A DNA stretch of 64,000 bases from an uncultured Spirochaetota bacterium (GTDB lineage: Bacteria > Spirochaetota > Spirochaetia > SZUA-6 > Fen-1364), in contig CAWJSK010000016.1 in the NCBI GenBank assembly GCA_963845535.1, positions 32,001 through 96,000 on the forward strand, given 5' to 3'. Under the pieces are notes generated by a model, which made no database searches, was not told the origin of the DNA, and was given only the letters and a program-made list of their open reading frames with translations. The first letter of the stretch is position 1, and every line of letters starts with the position of its first letter. The position numbers and the translations under genes are program-made. Shown one piece after another: positions 1 to 10,215 of this stretch.

Positions 1-915
1 ATCGCACATCATGAGGATGCGCCCGCAGAGCGGGATCTGCTCGCCGGCGAGCCCCCGCGGGTACCCGCTGCCGTCCCAGCGCTCATGGTGCGTGAGGGAT
101 ATGTCCGCGCCCATCTTCACATACGGAGTGGTTCCCTTCTTCAATATGTTCCATCCCAGGAGCGTGTGGCTCTTCATGACCTCCCACTCGGCGGCGTCCA
201 GCGGGTTCGGCTTGAGGAGGATCCGGTCGGGAATCCCGATCTTGCCGATGTCGTGCATCGGGCTGGCGTAGAAGATGCAATCCACGTAATGCTCGTCCAT
301 GCCGCACCTGCGCGCCAGCTCGGCGGAAAGCGCGCTGATGCGGCGCACATGGGCCCCGGTATCTTCATCCCGGTACTCCGCCGCGCTCGTCATGAGGTAG
401 ACGGTCTCCCGGTATTGGCTGCGCAGCTGCGCGGTCCTCTCCTGGACCTCGGATTCAAGCGTGCGGTTGTGCTGCACGACAAGGTCGTGGTACTCCTTCA
501 TCCGCAGGAGGTTGCGCACGCGCGCCCGAAGCTCCGACCTCTCCACCGGCTTGGACAGGAAATCCTCAGCGCCGGCCTGGAACGCCTCGATCCGAGACTC
601 GGTGTTCGAGTACCCCGTGACGACAACCACGGGAATGGTCCTGGATATTTCCGTGGACTTCAGGCGTTGAATGACCTCCATGCCGCCCATGCCCGGCATG
701 ACGAGGTCAAGGAGAATCAGGTCCGGAAGCTCCGCCTCCACCGCCGTGAGGGCCGCCTGGCCGCTTGAAACGGATCGAGTGCGGTAGCCTTCCTCCTTGA
801 GGAAAGACTCGAGCAACGCGCAATTCAGGCGCTGGTCATCGACAATGAGCACCACCGGGGTCGTGGCAGTCTCTTCTGTTTCTTTATTCCCGCCCAACGG
901 CTCGTTGTCGATCAT
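1..915 (-). CDS. RpfG-family response regulator with HD-GYP c-di-GMP phosphodiesterase domain (runs off the left edge)
   Basis: Manual translation, absent from the ORF track because the stop lies outside the window: MIDNEP...VLIVDDQ...DLILLDLVMPGM...FLSKPV (receiver), then EYRDEDTGAH, MHDIGKIGIPD and HHERWDGSGYP. Confidence 0.92.
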   Translation of the reverse strand, partial: MIDNEPLGGNKETEETATTPVVLIVDDQRLNCALLESFLKEEGYRTRSVSSGQAALTAVEAELPDLILLDLVMPGMGGMEVIQRLKSTEISRTIPVVVVTGYSNTESRIEAFQAGAEDFLSKPVERSELRARVRNLLRMKEYHDLVVQHNRTLESEVQERTAQLRSQYRETVYLMTSAAEYRDEDTGAHVRRISALSAELARRCGMDEHYVDCIFYASPMHDIGKIGIPDRILLKPNPLDAAEWEVMKSHTLLGWNILKKGTTPYVKMGADISLTHHERWDGSGYPRGLAGEQIPLCGRILMMCD

Positions 916-988
916 GGTATGATTCCATTGTATAATAGAAACGAAGAAAAGACAAAGATTGTCGGGTGCCGGCACAAGGAGGAACCCC

Positions 989-1450
989 ATGGCGTTCTCC
1001 GTATCGTCGAGCGCATTCAAGCCCGGCGGGAGCATCCCCAGGACATTCACGGCGGACGGCCGAGACGTTTCCCCTTCCCTCGGCTGGGACAACCCTCCGC
1101 CGGGAACACGGTCCTTCGCGCTCATCTGCGATGATCCCGACGCTCCGGTCGGGACATGGGTGCACTGGGTCATCTGGAACCTGCCGGCGGGAGCCCGTGG
1201 GTTGAATGAGGCTGTTCAGCACATCAAGACCCTCGCGGACGGCAGCGCACAAGGGAAAAACGATTTCGGCCGCATAGGCTACGGCGGCCCGAGCCCCCCG
1301 CCGGGAAAATCGCACAGGTACTTCTTCCGGTTGTACGCCCTCGAGGAAAAGATTACTCTCCCCCCAGGCGCTACGAGGGGCGAGCTGGAACGGGCCATGC
1401 AGGGCAAGGTGCTCGCCACGGCGGAGCTGTTGGGAACGTACGGCAGGTAA
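989..1450 (+). CDS. YbhB/YbcL (PEBP, Raf-kinase-inhibitor-like) family protein
   Basis: DPDAP..WVHWVIWN and GYGGPSPPPGKSHRYFFRLYAL motifs; RBS AAGGAGG before ATG 989. Confidence 0.92.
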   Translation: MAFSVSSSAFKPGGSIPRTFTADGRDVSPSLGWDNPPPGTRSFALICDDPDAPVGTWVHWVIWNLPAGARGLNEAVQHIKTLADGSAQGKNDFGRIGYGGPSPPPGKSHRYFFRLYALEEKITLPPGATRGELERAMQGKVLATAELLGTYGR

Positions 1451-1501
1451 CCGCCAACTTCCCCCGGCGCGACGCAAATCTCCACGGCACAGGAAACGAT
1501 A

Positions 1502-2149
1502 ATGCTGAACCGCTCTCCGTCCGAGTTCATCCAGCTCATCATCATCGTCGTGATCAGCCTGACGGTACATGAGTTCGCTCATTCCCTTGTCACTATCCGG
1601 CTGGGAGATGACGCACCCCGCCGCCAGGGCCGCCTCACGCTGAACCCGCTGGCCCACATCGATCTCATCGGCTTCATCATGCTCGTGATTGCCGGGTTCG
1701 GATGGGCCAAGCCCGTGCAGATCAACCCCGCAAACCTGAAAAAGCCCAGAAGGGATGAGATCCTGATCTCGCTGGCGGGCCCCGCGTCGAACCTCGTATT
1801 CGCAATGGTCGCGGTCATCATCATCTGGGCGGTGTTCCAGACTCACGCCCTGGTCTCCCCCAACTCCATTCACGCCTTCGGCAATTTCATGGTCATGCTC
1901 GCCGCCATCAACGTGAGCCTGGCAATCTTCAACATGATTCCCATTCCACCGCTGGATGGCTCGCACCTCGTCACGCCGTTCCTCGGCAGGGTGAATGCGA
2001 CACTTGCGGCAACCTATTTCCGCTACGGGTCCATCGCGCTCCTGGCCATCATCCTGATCCAGAACTTCACCCGCTTCGAGATCCTGCCCATCAGCAGGAT
2101 GACGTACGCAATCGTCATCTGGATGCTTCGCCTCGTTGGAGTCGCCTGA
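1502..2149 (+). CDS. Site-2 protease (M50) family intramembrane zinc metalloprotease
   Basis: HEFAH, LTLNPLAHID, AGPASN and NMIPIPPLDG motifs; hydrophobic helices. Confidence 0.93.
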   Translation: MLNRSPSEFIQLIIIVVISLTVHEFAHSLVTIRLGDDAPRRQGRLTLNPLAHIDLIGFIMLVIAGFGWAKPVQINPANLKKPRRDEILISLAGPASNLVFAMVAVIIIWAVFQTHALVSPNSIHAFGNFMVMLAAINVSLAIFNMIPIPPLDGSHLVTPFLGRVNATLAATYFRYGSIALLAIILIQNFTRFEILPISRMTYAIVIWMLRLVGVA

Positions 2150-5100
2150 TGAAACGCCTGGGCATAGACATAGGTTCCCTTACCCTTTCCCTGGTCCTCC
2201 TTGAAGACGGCCGGATTACGGCGCGGCATTCCTGCGCGCACGAGGGCAGGATCGACGAGCGCGTGACCTCCCTGATCGCGCGGGCTCCCTTCTCCCGCTG
2301 GGATACCGTAGGGGTGACGGGCAGCCTTGCGGGTACGGGCGCGAGGATCATCGACAACACTCTGGCAACGATCGACGGAGCCCGACGCCTTCTCCCGTCA
2401 TGCAGGAACTTGATTGCCATGGGCGGCCAGAGCTTCTCCCTCATCCTCCTGGACCAGGACGGCCGCTACGTGGAGCACGTCTCCAACCCTCCCTGCGCCT
2501 CGGGCACCGGCTCGTTCCTCGAGCAGCAGGCGGAGCGCCTGGGGCTCGGCATCCAGGACCTGGCCGCTCGCGCGGCCGCCTTTGCCGGAGAGGTGCCGCG
2601 GATCGCCACGCGGTGCGCGGTGTTCGCGAAGACGGACATCGTGCACGCCATGCAGGAGGGGCATTCCCTGGACGCGGTCTGCGCCGGGCTGTGCGAGGGG
2701 ATTGCCCGCAGCATGCTGGACACGCTGCGCAAGGGAAGAAAGCTTGCGCCGCCGCTTGGCCTCGTGGGCGGAGTTGCCTTGAATGGAAAGATCGCCCAGA
2801 GCATCGCCAGGATTCTCGGGATCAGGGTGGAAGTGCCTGAGGACTGCCAGTACGCGGCAGCCATCGGAGCGGCCCTCCTGGGCGCTGACTCGACGCTGGA
2901 GGCATGGACCGGGCTGCACAGGTCCACGGGGAGGCGCCCGGTCAGGCCGCCGCTACCGGCGGTGCTGGCGGACTACCCTTCCCTGGATGGTTTTCAGATC
3001 TCCACCCGGGACGACGTCGAAGTTTTCAGCCCCGCCGAAGGCGTGGGGTCCGGCCCGGGACTTTTCCTCGGCATCGACATCGGATCCACGAGCACCAAGG
3101 CGGCGCTCGTGAATGCGGACGGCGCGATTACGGAGGGGTTCTACACGCGCACCGGCGGCAACCCCGTGGCCGCCGTGCAGCGGCTGCTTCGAGTCATCCA
3201 GGACGTCCGCGGGCTGCCCGCTCTCCGAGGAGCGGCAACGACCGGCTCGGGAAGGTCCATCATCCGCCAGGTGTTCCAGGCGGACCGGGAAGTGAATGAG
3301 ATCACCGCTCATGCCCGGGCAGCCGTGCACCTGCGGCCGGACGTGGATACCATCATCGAGATCGGCGGTCAGGACTCGAAGTTCACACGGGTCCGTGACG
3401 GCGACGTGTATTTCTCCACGATGAACTACGTCTGCGCCGCCGGCACGGGAAGCTTCATCGAGGAGCAGGCCAAGAGGCTGGGCGCGAGCCTTTCGGATTT
3501 TTCCGACATGGCGCTTGCCGAGGGCGCTCCATTCACGAGCGACCGGTGCACCGTGTACATGGAGCGCGACCTGGCCGCCCTGGTGGGAGAGGGATGGCCT
3601 CGGGAGACCCTGGCGGCCGCGGTGCTGCACTCCGTACGGGATAACTACCTTTCCAAAGTTGTCGGGAAGAGTCCGGTGGGTGACTCGATTGTCTTCCAGG
3701 GAGCCACCGGCCGAAACAGGGCCCTGGTGGCGGCATTCGAGCAGCACCTCGGAAAGACCGTTCACGTCTCCGCCTGGTGTCACCTCACGGGCGCCGTGGG
3801 CGCGGCTCTCCTGTGCCGCGACGAAGGGCTGGCCGCATCCGGCTTCGCCTGGGAGACCGGTGAGATCGTGTTGGGGACCGAGGAGTGTCGGCTGTGCGCC
3901 AACCATTGCCCGGCTCACCGTCATGGACCGCGGCGGCGCGCGCACGGGGTGGGGAATGAAGTGCGGTCGGGAATACATCGACAGGAAGCCGCGGGGTCGG
4001 CGCGCCACCGCGGAAGAAAGCTCTTCCATTGCTCTTCGATTCGCCGAAGCCATGCGCCCCCTTCATGAGTCGCCCGCCGTTCTGAGCGAAGCTGCCCTGC
4101 GACGGAAAGCCGTCACGATCGGCGTCCCTCGCAGCCTGTACAACATTTCCTACGCGCCGCTGTGGCACTCCTTCCTGTCGCGGCTCGGGTTTTCCGTGAT
4201 TCAGTCGGACCAGGACAGGGAGGCGTTGGATGCGGGCGCTGAGTCGGTGAACTCGGACTTCTGCGCGCCCATGATCCTCGCCCATGGGCATGTGAAGCAG
4301 CTCGTGGACACGGGAGCGGATTTCATCTTCCTGCCGGCCGTGGAGAACAGCGCTGAAACCTCAGGACCCGTGCGTACCACCTTTCGTCGAAGGGACTCGG
4401 ACAGCGCCTACTGCTACTACTCCCAGTACCTGCCGTCAGTCGTGGGGAAGCTCACCGCTTTCGACGTTTCCGATCGGCTGATCTCCCCGCTTCTGCCGCT
4501 GCGGGAAAAGAGCGTCGAGGAAACTGCGGACCTTCTTCATGAAGCGCTCGCCCACCGGTTTCCCGACCTGACCCGGGAGGAGACGCTGCGCGCGTTTTCG
4601 GAAGCAAACGCTGCGTTTACCTCAGCGAAGGCGCTGCTGGCGGGCGCGTTTCGGCGCGCCGACGCAGCGGGACCCTCCGGCACTGCGGGACCCTCCGGCA
4701 CTGCGGGACCCTCCGGCACTGCGGGACCCTCCGGCACCGCGGGACCTTCCGCCAAGGACGAACAGCTTCGCGTCCTCATCCTGGGCCGCCCCTACGTTGC
4801 ATTCGATGAGAGCTTGAGCCTTTCCCTGCCGCGGACCTTCGAGCGGCTGGGCGCCGCCGTGTTCTGGCAGGAGGAGCTGGAGCTCGAGAACTACCCCCTC
4901 ACGTACGGCAACCAGTACCTGGAGCGCATGCACTGGCACTACGGGAAGCTCATCGTGCGGGCGGCGGAGTACGCAGCGCGAACGGAAAACTTGTTCCCCG
5001 TGTTTCTTACCTGCTTCCGCTGCAGCCCCGACTCTTTCCTCATGAGCTACGTGAAGGACATCCTCACGCACTTCGGAAAGCCCTTCCTCTTCCTCCAGCT

Positions 5101-6415
5101 CGACGCGCACGCCTCGGATGTCGGCTACCTGACCCGGATCGAGGCCGCGCTTCATTCCTTCCACAACCACCGCAGGAGGGAAAAGGCCGGGAACAAGCCT
5201 GAGACCCGCCACCCTGTCATGCAAGCCCGCAACGACCAGCTCTTGGAAGGCGACACGGTCCTCATTCCCGCCGTGGACACGCTGATCAGCGGCTTCTGGG
5301 CGGATGTCTTTACGCGCATGGGCCACAGGGCAATCCTCCTGGAAGCCGGGACCACCGCCGTGAACACGGGCTACCGCTTCGCGAGCGGCGGTGAGTGCAT
5401 GCCGCTCGTCTCCATCATAGGGGCGGCAATTGAAAAGGTGATTGGGGATTCCCTTGACCCATCGAAAACGTTCTTCTTCATGCCGACCTCGCCGTTCTCC
5501 TGCAACATGCCGCAGTTCCCGGTGCTGTCCGACATGGCTTTCCGCGCCGCCGGCGTAGAAGGATTGAAAATCGGCAGGCTCAACTTCATGGCCCTGGGTG
5601 ACACGCTGCCGCAGACGCTTTCGGTGAAGATCCTGGAGACCTATATCGTCGCCTGCATCCTCTACAAGCTGGCGTCCCGCACCCGGCCGTATGAAGTGAA
5701 GCGCGGAGAGACGGACGGCGCGCTCACGGAGGCGCAGCAGCGGGTCCGCGGCGCCATCAGGTCCGGCTCTGACCTTCGCGCGTGCCTTGCGAACGCAGTG
5801 GACCTGTTTCGGGCAATCGAGCGCGACGAGACGGCCGGCCGCAAGCCCCGCGTCGCCCTCCTGGGGGATCTGTACGTGAAATACAACGCGGTGATGAACG
5901 AGGGGATCCAGTCCTTGATCGAGGAGCTGGGCGGGGAGCTCGTGATCTCCTCCATGACGGAATACCCGGCCCACCTGCTGGACATCGGCTCGCGCCGCTA
6001 CGGTGAAGACCCGCGCTCCGGCAGGATTCTCAGGACCATGGAGCAGCGCTATGAGAAGCTCGCGGAGGACCTCATCGGAGATCAGGCCGAGCCGGACTTC
6101 GCTGAGTGCGTGCGGCTGATGGAGGAGCACGGCTTCCCTCACTACATTGCCGGGGAAACCGCAATCAACGTCGGGAAAGCGCTCTGGTACTGCACGAAGC
6201 GCAGCGTAGAGGCCATTGTCCACGTCAATCCGATGTTCTGCTGCCCGGGGGTTGTCACGGCGTCCCTGTACCGCAAGATACAGGCTGACTTCGGCGTTCC
6301 CATCATCGACATCTTCTTCGACGGGACGGGGAGCCCCAACCGGGTCCTTGTCCCGCACATGCACTATATGAAACGCGACGCTTCCGGGTCCGACTCATGC
6401 TATAATCCCGGATAA
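2149..6415 (+). CDS. Large acyl-CoA dehydratase activase-like protein (two BadF/BcrAD ASKHA ATPase domains plus DUF2229/dehydratase-like domains); one +1 frameshift near 3910
   Basis: Two GIDIGS...CAxGTGSF...C(A/T)V(F/Y) modules in ORF 2149..4068. CRLCANHC joins RLTVM..WGMKCGREY of ORF 3515..6415 if one C is removed from CCC at 3909-3911. C-terminal SDFCAP, CFRCSPD, GECMP and PMFCCP motifs. Confidence 0.85.
4667..4751 (+). repeat. In-frame 18-bp tandem repeat GCGGGACCCTCCGGCAC(T/C), 4 full copies plus a partial, encoding an (AGPSGT)n linker
   Basis: Units start at 4667, 4685, 4703, 4721 and 4739. Confidence 0.95.
6398..6406 (+). promoter_or_regulatory. Extended -10 promoter element TGCTATAAT upstream of the NarL-type regulator
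   Basis: Perfect TGnTATAAT inside the last codons of the activase gene, 20 nt before ATG 6427. Confidence 0.6.
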
Positions 6416-6426
6416 GGGCACACCAA

Positions 6427-7092
6427 ATGAAAAAAGCCATCCGCCTCATGATCACTGATGATCACAGCATCGTCCGCAAGGGAATCAAGGCTCTCCTGGC
6501 AACGGAAAAGGACATGCAGGTCGTCGGCGAGGCTGAGAACGGAGCGGATGCCGTCCAAAAAGCAGCCGCGCTCAAGCCCGACGTGATCCTGATGGACCTC
6601 ATGATGCCGGAGATGGACGGGATCGAGGCGACACGGCGGATTACAGCGGAGCAGCCGGGAACCAAGATCCTGGTCCTCACGAGCTTCGCCGCGGATGACA
6701 AGGTCTTCCCTGCGGTCAAGGCGGGGGCCCTGGGATATCTGCTCAAGGACTCGACACCGGAAGAGCTTCTGGAAGCCATACGGCAAGTCTACAAGGGCGA
6801 ACCTTCCCTGGAGCCTTCCATTGCCCGCAAGGTCCTGCAGGAGCTGTCCCATCCGGGACAGGGAAAGCAGACCGCGGAACCGCTTACCGAAAGAGAGCTG
6901 GACGTCCTTCGCCTCATTGCCCAGGGCATGAGCAACAAGGAGATCGCCGCCAAGATCTTCGTAGCCGAGTGGACCGTACGCAGCCACGTCAGCAACATCC
7001 TGGGCAAGCTGCACCTTGCCAGCCGGACGCAAGCGGCGCTCTACGCCCTGCGGTCCGGCCTCGCGTCCCTGGAAGACTTGTCCCCGGGCTGA
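6427..7092 (+). CDS. NarL/LuxR-family response regulator
   Basis: Receiver (ITDDH, DVILMDLMMP, GYLLKD) plus LuxR HTH (LTERELDVL..GMSNKEIA..TVRSHVSNILGKL). Confidence 0.95.
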   Translation: MKKAIRLMITDDHSIVRKGIKALLATEKDMQVVGEAENGADAVQKAAALKPDVILMDLMMPEMDGIEATRRITAEQPGTKILVLTSFAADDKVFPAVKAGALGYLLKDSTPEELLEAIRQVYKGEPSLEPSIARKVLQELSHPGQGKQTAEPLTERELDVLRLIAQGMSNKEIAAKIFVAEWTVRSHVSNILGKLHLASRTQAALYALRSGLASLEDLSPG

Positions 7093-7111
7093 ACGCCGGG
7101 ACCGACCCGTC

Positions 7112-9445
7112 ATGGAACACGCAGTCAGCCGGGAAGCCTGGTCTCTCGCTGAAACGGACCTCCAGAAATGGAGGACCCGGGTGCTCAACCTCGTCCTGAT
7201 CATTGTCGCCCTGGCGGCGCTGCCGGCCTTCGCCACTGTCATCACCAACGCCTATCTCACGGACAGGTTGTCACCCATCCTCATCGGTTACTGCGGCGTG
7301 TACGTGGGGTTCGTCACTCTCGCTTTTCTTCGGCGCATCCCCGTGACGATCAGGGCGTGGCTTTTCATCGGGCTGACGTACGCAATCACCGCTTCAAGCC
7401 TTGCCCGCGTCGGGCTTGCCGGAAGCGGACGGCTGTACCTGGTGTTCCTCCCCGCGCTTGCAATCGTCCTCCTGGGCCAGCGCACCGGCTATCTCTGCCT
7501 CGGCATCAGCCTTTTCGAGTACGCGGTTTTCAGCGAGCTTGCCAGGGTCGGGATCCTGGCGAAATGGCTCACGGACACGCGCAACCCCCTGGATATCGGC
7601 TCCTGGATAGAATCAGGGGCGGCGCTTGCCGTCATCCTGGTGACAATGACGGTGCTGCTGGAGCGCTTCTTCGCCCGCCACGTGTTCACCCTTGCGGTGA
7701 GCCACAGGATCACCGGCGAGCTGGAAAAGGCGTACAAGACGCTCACGCAGCGCGTCAAGGACCGAACGCGCGAGCTGGGCCTCCTCAACTCCGTGGCCGT
7801 CGTGGCGAGCGGACTCACGGACATCAGGGTGATCCTCGCGGTATCCGCGGAAAAGACCATGGAGGCGTTCGGCTTGGAGGGATGCGGGGCGTACGGGCTT
7901 GAGGAGGAAACGGGCGCCATGGTGATGCTGGCCCACAAGGGCCTCTCGGAGAGCTTCATCTCTCAGATGGTGCGCCTCGATCTCCAGGAAGCTCTCGCCG
8001 GCAAGACTCTCAGTCTCGAGGAGCCGCTGTCCTGGGACGTGAACGAGTATCCCGGCGGTCCCCGGCGAGAGTTCCTCGAGGCCGAGGGGCTCAAGCGGAT
8101 CATCGGCGTACCGCTGGCGGCCAAGAAGAAGCTCATGGGCGCGCTTGTCATCATTTCCCGTTCTGATCGCGTCCTTTCCCCGGAGGAAGGCTCGCTCCTC
8201 ATGGCCGTGGGCCAGCAGATCGGGCTCGCCATGCAGAACGCCCGGCTCCTGGAGACCCAGCGCCTTCAACGGGAGGAAGCCGAGCGGCGGCGGGAGGTGG
8301 CGGAGGGGATGCGGGAGACCCTGGCCGTGCTGAACTCCAACAAGCCGACGCAGGAAACGCTGGACTTCCTCATCTCCCAGGCGTGCCAGCTCATGAAGTG
8401 CGACGCAGCGTCCCTCTTCCAGATTATCACCCCGGAAGGACAGCTTCACATCCAGGCCGCCTGCGGCTTGGATCTGGAAACCGTCACCGCCATCACGCTC
8501 GCCCTCGGACAGGGGGCGGCTGACAGAGCGCTCAGATGGAAGAACCCCATCATCGTTTCCGACACCGCCGACTGGGAGGAGGGGTACGGGCGGGAAGCCA
8601 ACCCGGAGTTCGCCGAGGATTTGACCGGCCTGGAGCTCCTCATGGACCAGGGATTCCGGGCCATCCTCGCCGTCCCTCTCATCATTGCAGGGGCAAGTTA
8701 CGGCGGGATCGTCCTGTACCACCGCCAGCCCCGTCATTTCACCGGGGAGGAGATATCGCTGGCCGTCGCAATTGGCAGCCAGGCGGCGCTCGCCATGGAG
8801 AACGCGCGCCTGCGAGCCCAGGCCGGACAGACCGCGGCGTTCGCGGAGCGCAACAGGCTTGCCCGTGAGCTGCATGACAGCGTGACGCAGTCCCTGTACA
8901 GCGTCACGCTCTACGCGGAGGCGGCCGCGCGTCTCCTGCAGGCGGGGCAGACCACGGATGCGGCGGGGCACCTGAAGGACCTGGGGGTTACCGCGCGGGA
9001 GGCGCTTCGAGAGATGCGCCTCCTCATTTTCGAGCTGAATCCCCCTGCGCTGGAAACGGGCAATCTTGCGGAAGCGCTTCAGGTGAGGCTGGACGCAGTG
9101 GAGGCGCGCGGCGGCATGTCAGTGACCTTCAGCGCACAGGGGGATGAATGCCTGTCTGCGCTGGCCCGGCAGGAACTGTACCAGATTGCTCAGGAGGCTT
9201 TGAACAACGCGCTGAAGCACTCTCGCGCCCAGGCCGTCCGCGTCCTCCTCACCCACCGCGCGGGGGAAACCACGCTTTCGATCAGTGACGATGGGGTTGG
9301 TTTCCGAACGGAGCAGGCGCAGAAAAGCGGCGGGGCCGGACTGCGGGGCATGAAGGAACGGGTGGCGCGGATCCACGGAAAGCTCTCCGTAGTAAGCGCT
9401 CCGGGCGGCGGGACCACGGTGACGGTGACCGCGCCAGGCGGCTGA
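7112..9445 (+). CDS. Membrane sensor histidine kinase with two GAF domains (HisKA_3 type)
   Basis: N-terminal TM helices, two GAF-like segments, ERNRLARELHDSVTQ, QEALNNALKHS and DDGVGF..GAGLRGMKER; start inferred at ATG 7112. Confidence 0.92.
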   Translation: MEHAVSREAWSLAETDLQKWRTRVLNLVLIIVALAALPAFATVITNAYLTDRLSPILIGYCGVYVGFVTLAFLRRIPVTIRAWLFIGLTYAITASSLARVGLAGSGRLYLVFLPALAIVLLGQRTGYLCLGISLFEYAVFSELARVGILAKWLTDTRNPLDIGSWIESGAALAVILVTMTVLLERFFARHVFTLAVSHRITGELEKAYKTLTQRVKDRTRELGLLNSVAVVASGLTDIRVILAVSAEKTMEAFGLEGCGAYGLEEETGAMVMLAHKGLSESFISQMVRLDLQEALAGKTLSLEEPLSWDVNEYPGGPRREFLEAEGLKRIIGVPLAAKKKLMGALVIISRSDRVLSPEEGSLLMAVGQQIGLAMQNARLLETQRLQREEAERRREVAEGMRETLAVLNSNKPTQETLDFLISQACQLMKCDAASLFQIITPEGQLHIQAACGLDLETVTAITLALGQGAADRALRWKNPIIVSDTADWEEGYGREANPEFAEDLTGLELLMDQGFRAILAVPLIIAGASYGGIVLYHRQPRHFTGEEISLAVAIGSQAALAMENARLRAQAGQTAAFAERNRLARELHDSVTQSLYSVTLYAEAAARLLQAGQTTDAAGHLKDLGVTAREALREMRLLIFELNPPALETGNLAEALQVRLDAVEARGGMSVTFSAQGDECLSALARQELYQIAQEALNNALKHSRAQAVRVLLTHRAGETTLSISDDGVGFRTEQAQKSGGAGLRGMKERVARIHGKLSVVSAPGGGTTVTVTAPGG

Positions 9446-9498
9446 GCGCGCCAGGCGGGTATCAGCGCCCGGCAGGTATCAGCGCCCGGCGGGTAAGA
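9431..9498. repeat. Degenerate 17-bp tandem repeat (GCGCC(A/C)GGC(G/A)GGTATCA-like), 4 copies, spanning the kinase stop codon
   Basis: Units at 9431, 9448, 9465 and 9482. Confidence 0.85.
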
Positions 9499-9504
9499 AA
9501 AGGT

Positions 9505-10005
9505 TCAGCTGGCCAGCCTGGCCTCACCATGCCTTCGCAGGGACCGAAGCCGCTTGCGCACCCCGGAGATCGACATCCCGACCTCGTGCGCCGTTTCTGC
9601 AAGGGTCTTCTCTTCCAGATAGTGGACCCGGGCGGCCTGTCGGGTGCTTTCCCGAACGCCCAGGAACACCTGGTCCAACGCCAGGGCGTCGAGAACGCGG
9701 TCCTCCGTGCTCTCACGCCCGGCAATACTGCTGATGAACGGCTCCGCGCTGACGGCGAACTTGCGCCTCCTGCTGCGCATGGCGTTGAGGCACGTGTTGG
9801 TGGCAATGCGATACAGAAGGCTGGAGGGGTAGCGCGCATCCAGGCTTTCCCTGTGGCGAAGCACCTGGACGAACGTTTCCTGCATGGCGTCCGCGGCCAT
9901 GTCCTCATCCCTCAGCATTCCCCTGCACCTGCGCATCACCATGGGCGCGTAGCGGCGGTACAAGTTGTCAACGTCCTTTGTCTCAAGCCTCTTTGTTCCG
10001 TTCAT
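9505..10005 (-). CDS. ECF-type sigma-70 factor
   Basis: Region 2 (LYRRYAP..AADAMQETF..LLYRIATNTCLN) and region 4 HTH (TLAETAHEVGMSISGVRKRL); 166 aa. Confidence 0.88.
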   Translation of the reverse strand: MNGTKRLETKDVDNLYRRYAPMVMRRCRGMLRDEDMAADAMQETFVQVLRHRESLDARYPSSLLYRIATNTCLNAMRSRRRKFAVSAEPFISSIAGRESTEDRVLDALALDQVFLGVRESTRQAARVHYLEEKTLAETAHEVGMSISGVRKRLRSLRRHGEARLAS

Positions 10006-10139
10006 GACTTCCTTGCTCCTGTTCGGCTGCCACTGTAGGGCCCGGCGGCCCGTCCCCGCATCACCAAAAAGTGTGATTCGGCGAGGAAAAAAGTGCGGCG
10101 CGAAGCAAGGCCTTCGAGGTGTTCCGAGGGCCGCGTTTT

Positions 10140-10178
10140 GACAGACCCTCCTGTCTCGACAGACCCTCCCGCCTTGAC
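10140..10178. repeat. 18-bp tandem duplication GACAGACCCTCC... x2 in the divergent sigma/URO-D intergenic region
   Basis: GACAGACCCTCCTGTCTC at 10140 and GACAGACCCTCCCGCCTT at 10158. Confidence 0.8.
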
Positions 10179-10215
10179 TTGACCGGATGGTCCGAGGCAG
10201 TCAATCTTTGCCGGT

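Noticed and set aside
3900..3920. Programmed ribosomal frameshifting or phase variation at the split genes
   Set aside because: The runs are only about 3 nt, there is no slippery heptamer or obvious stimulatory structure, and indels go in both directions; sequencing error is simpler.
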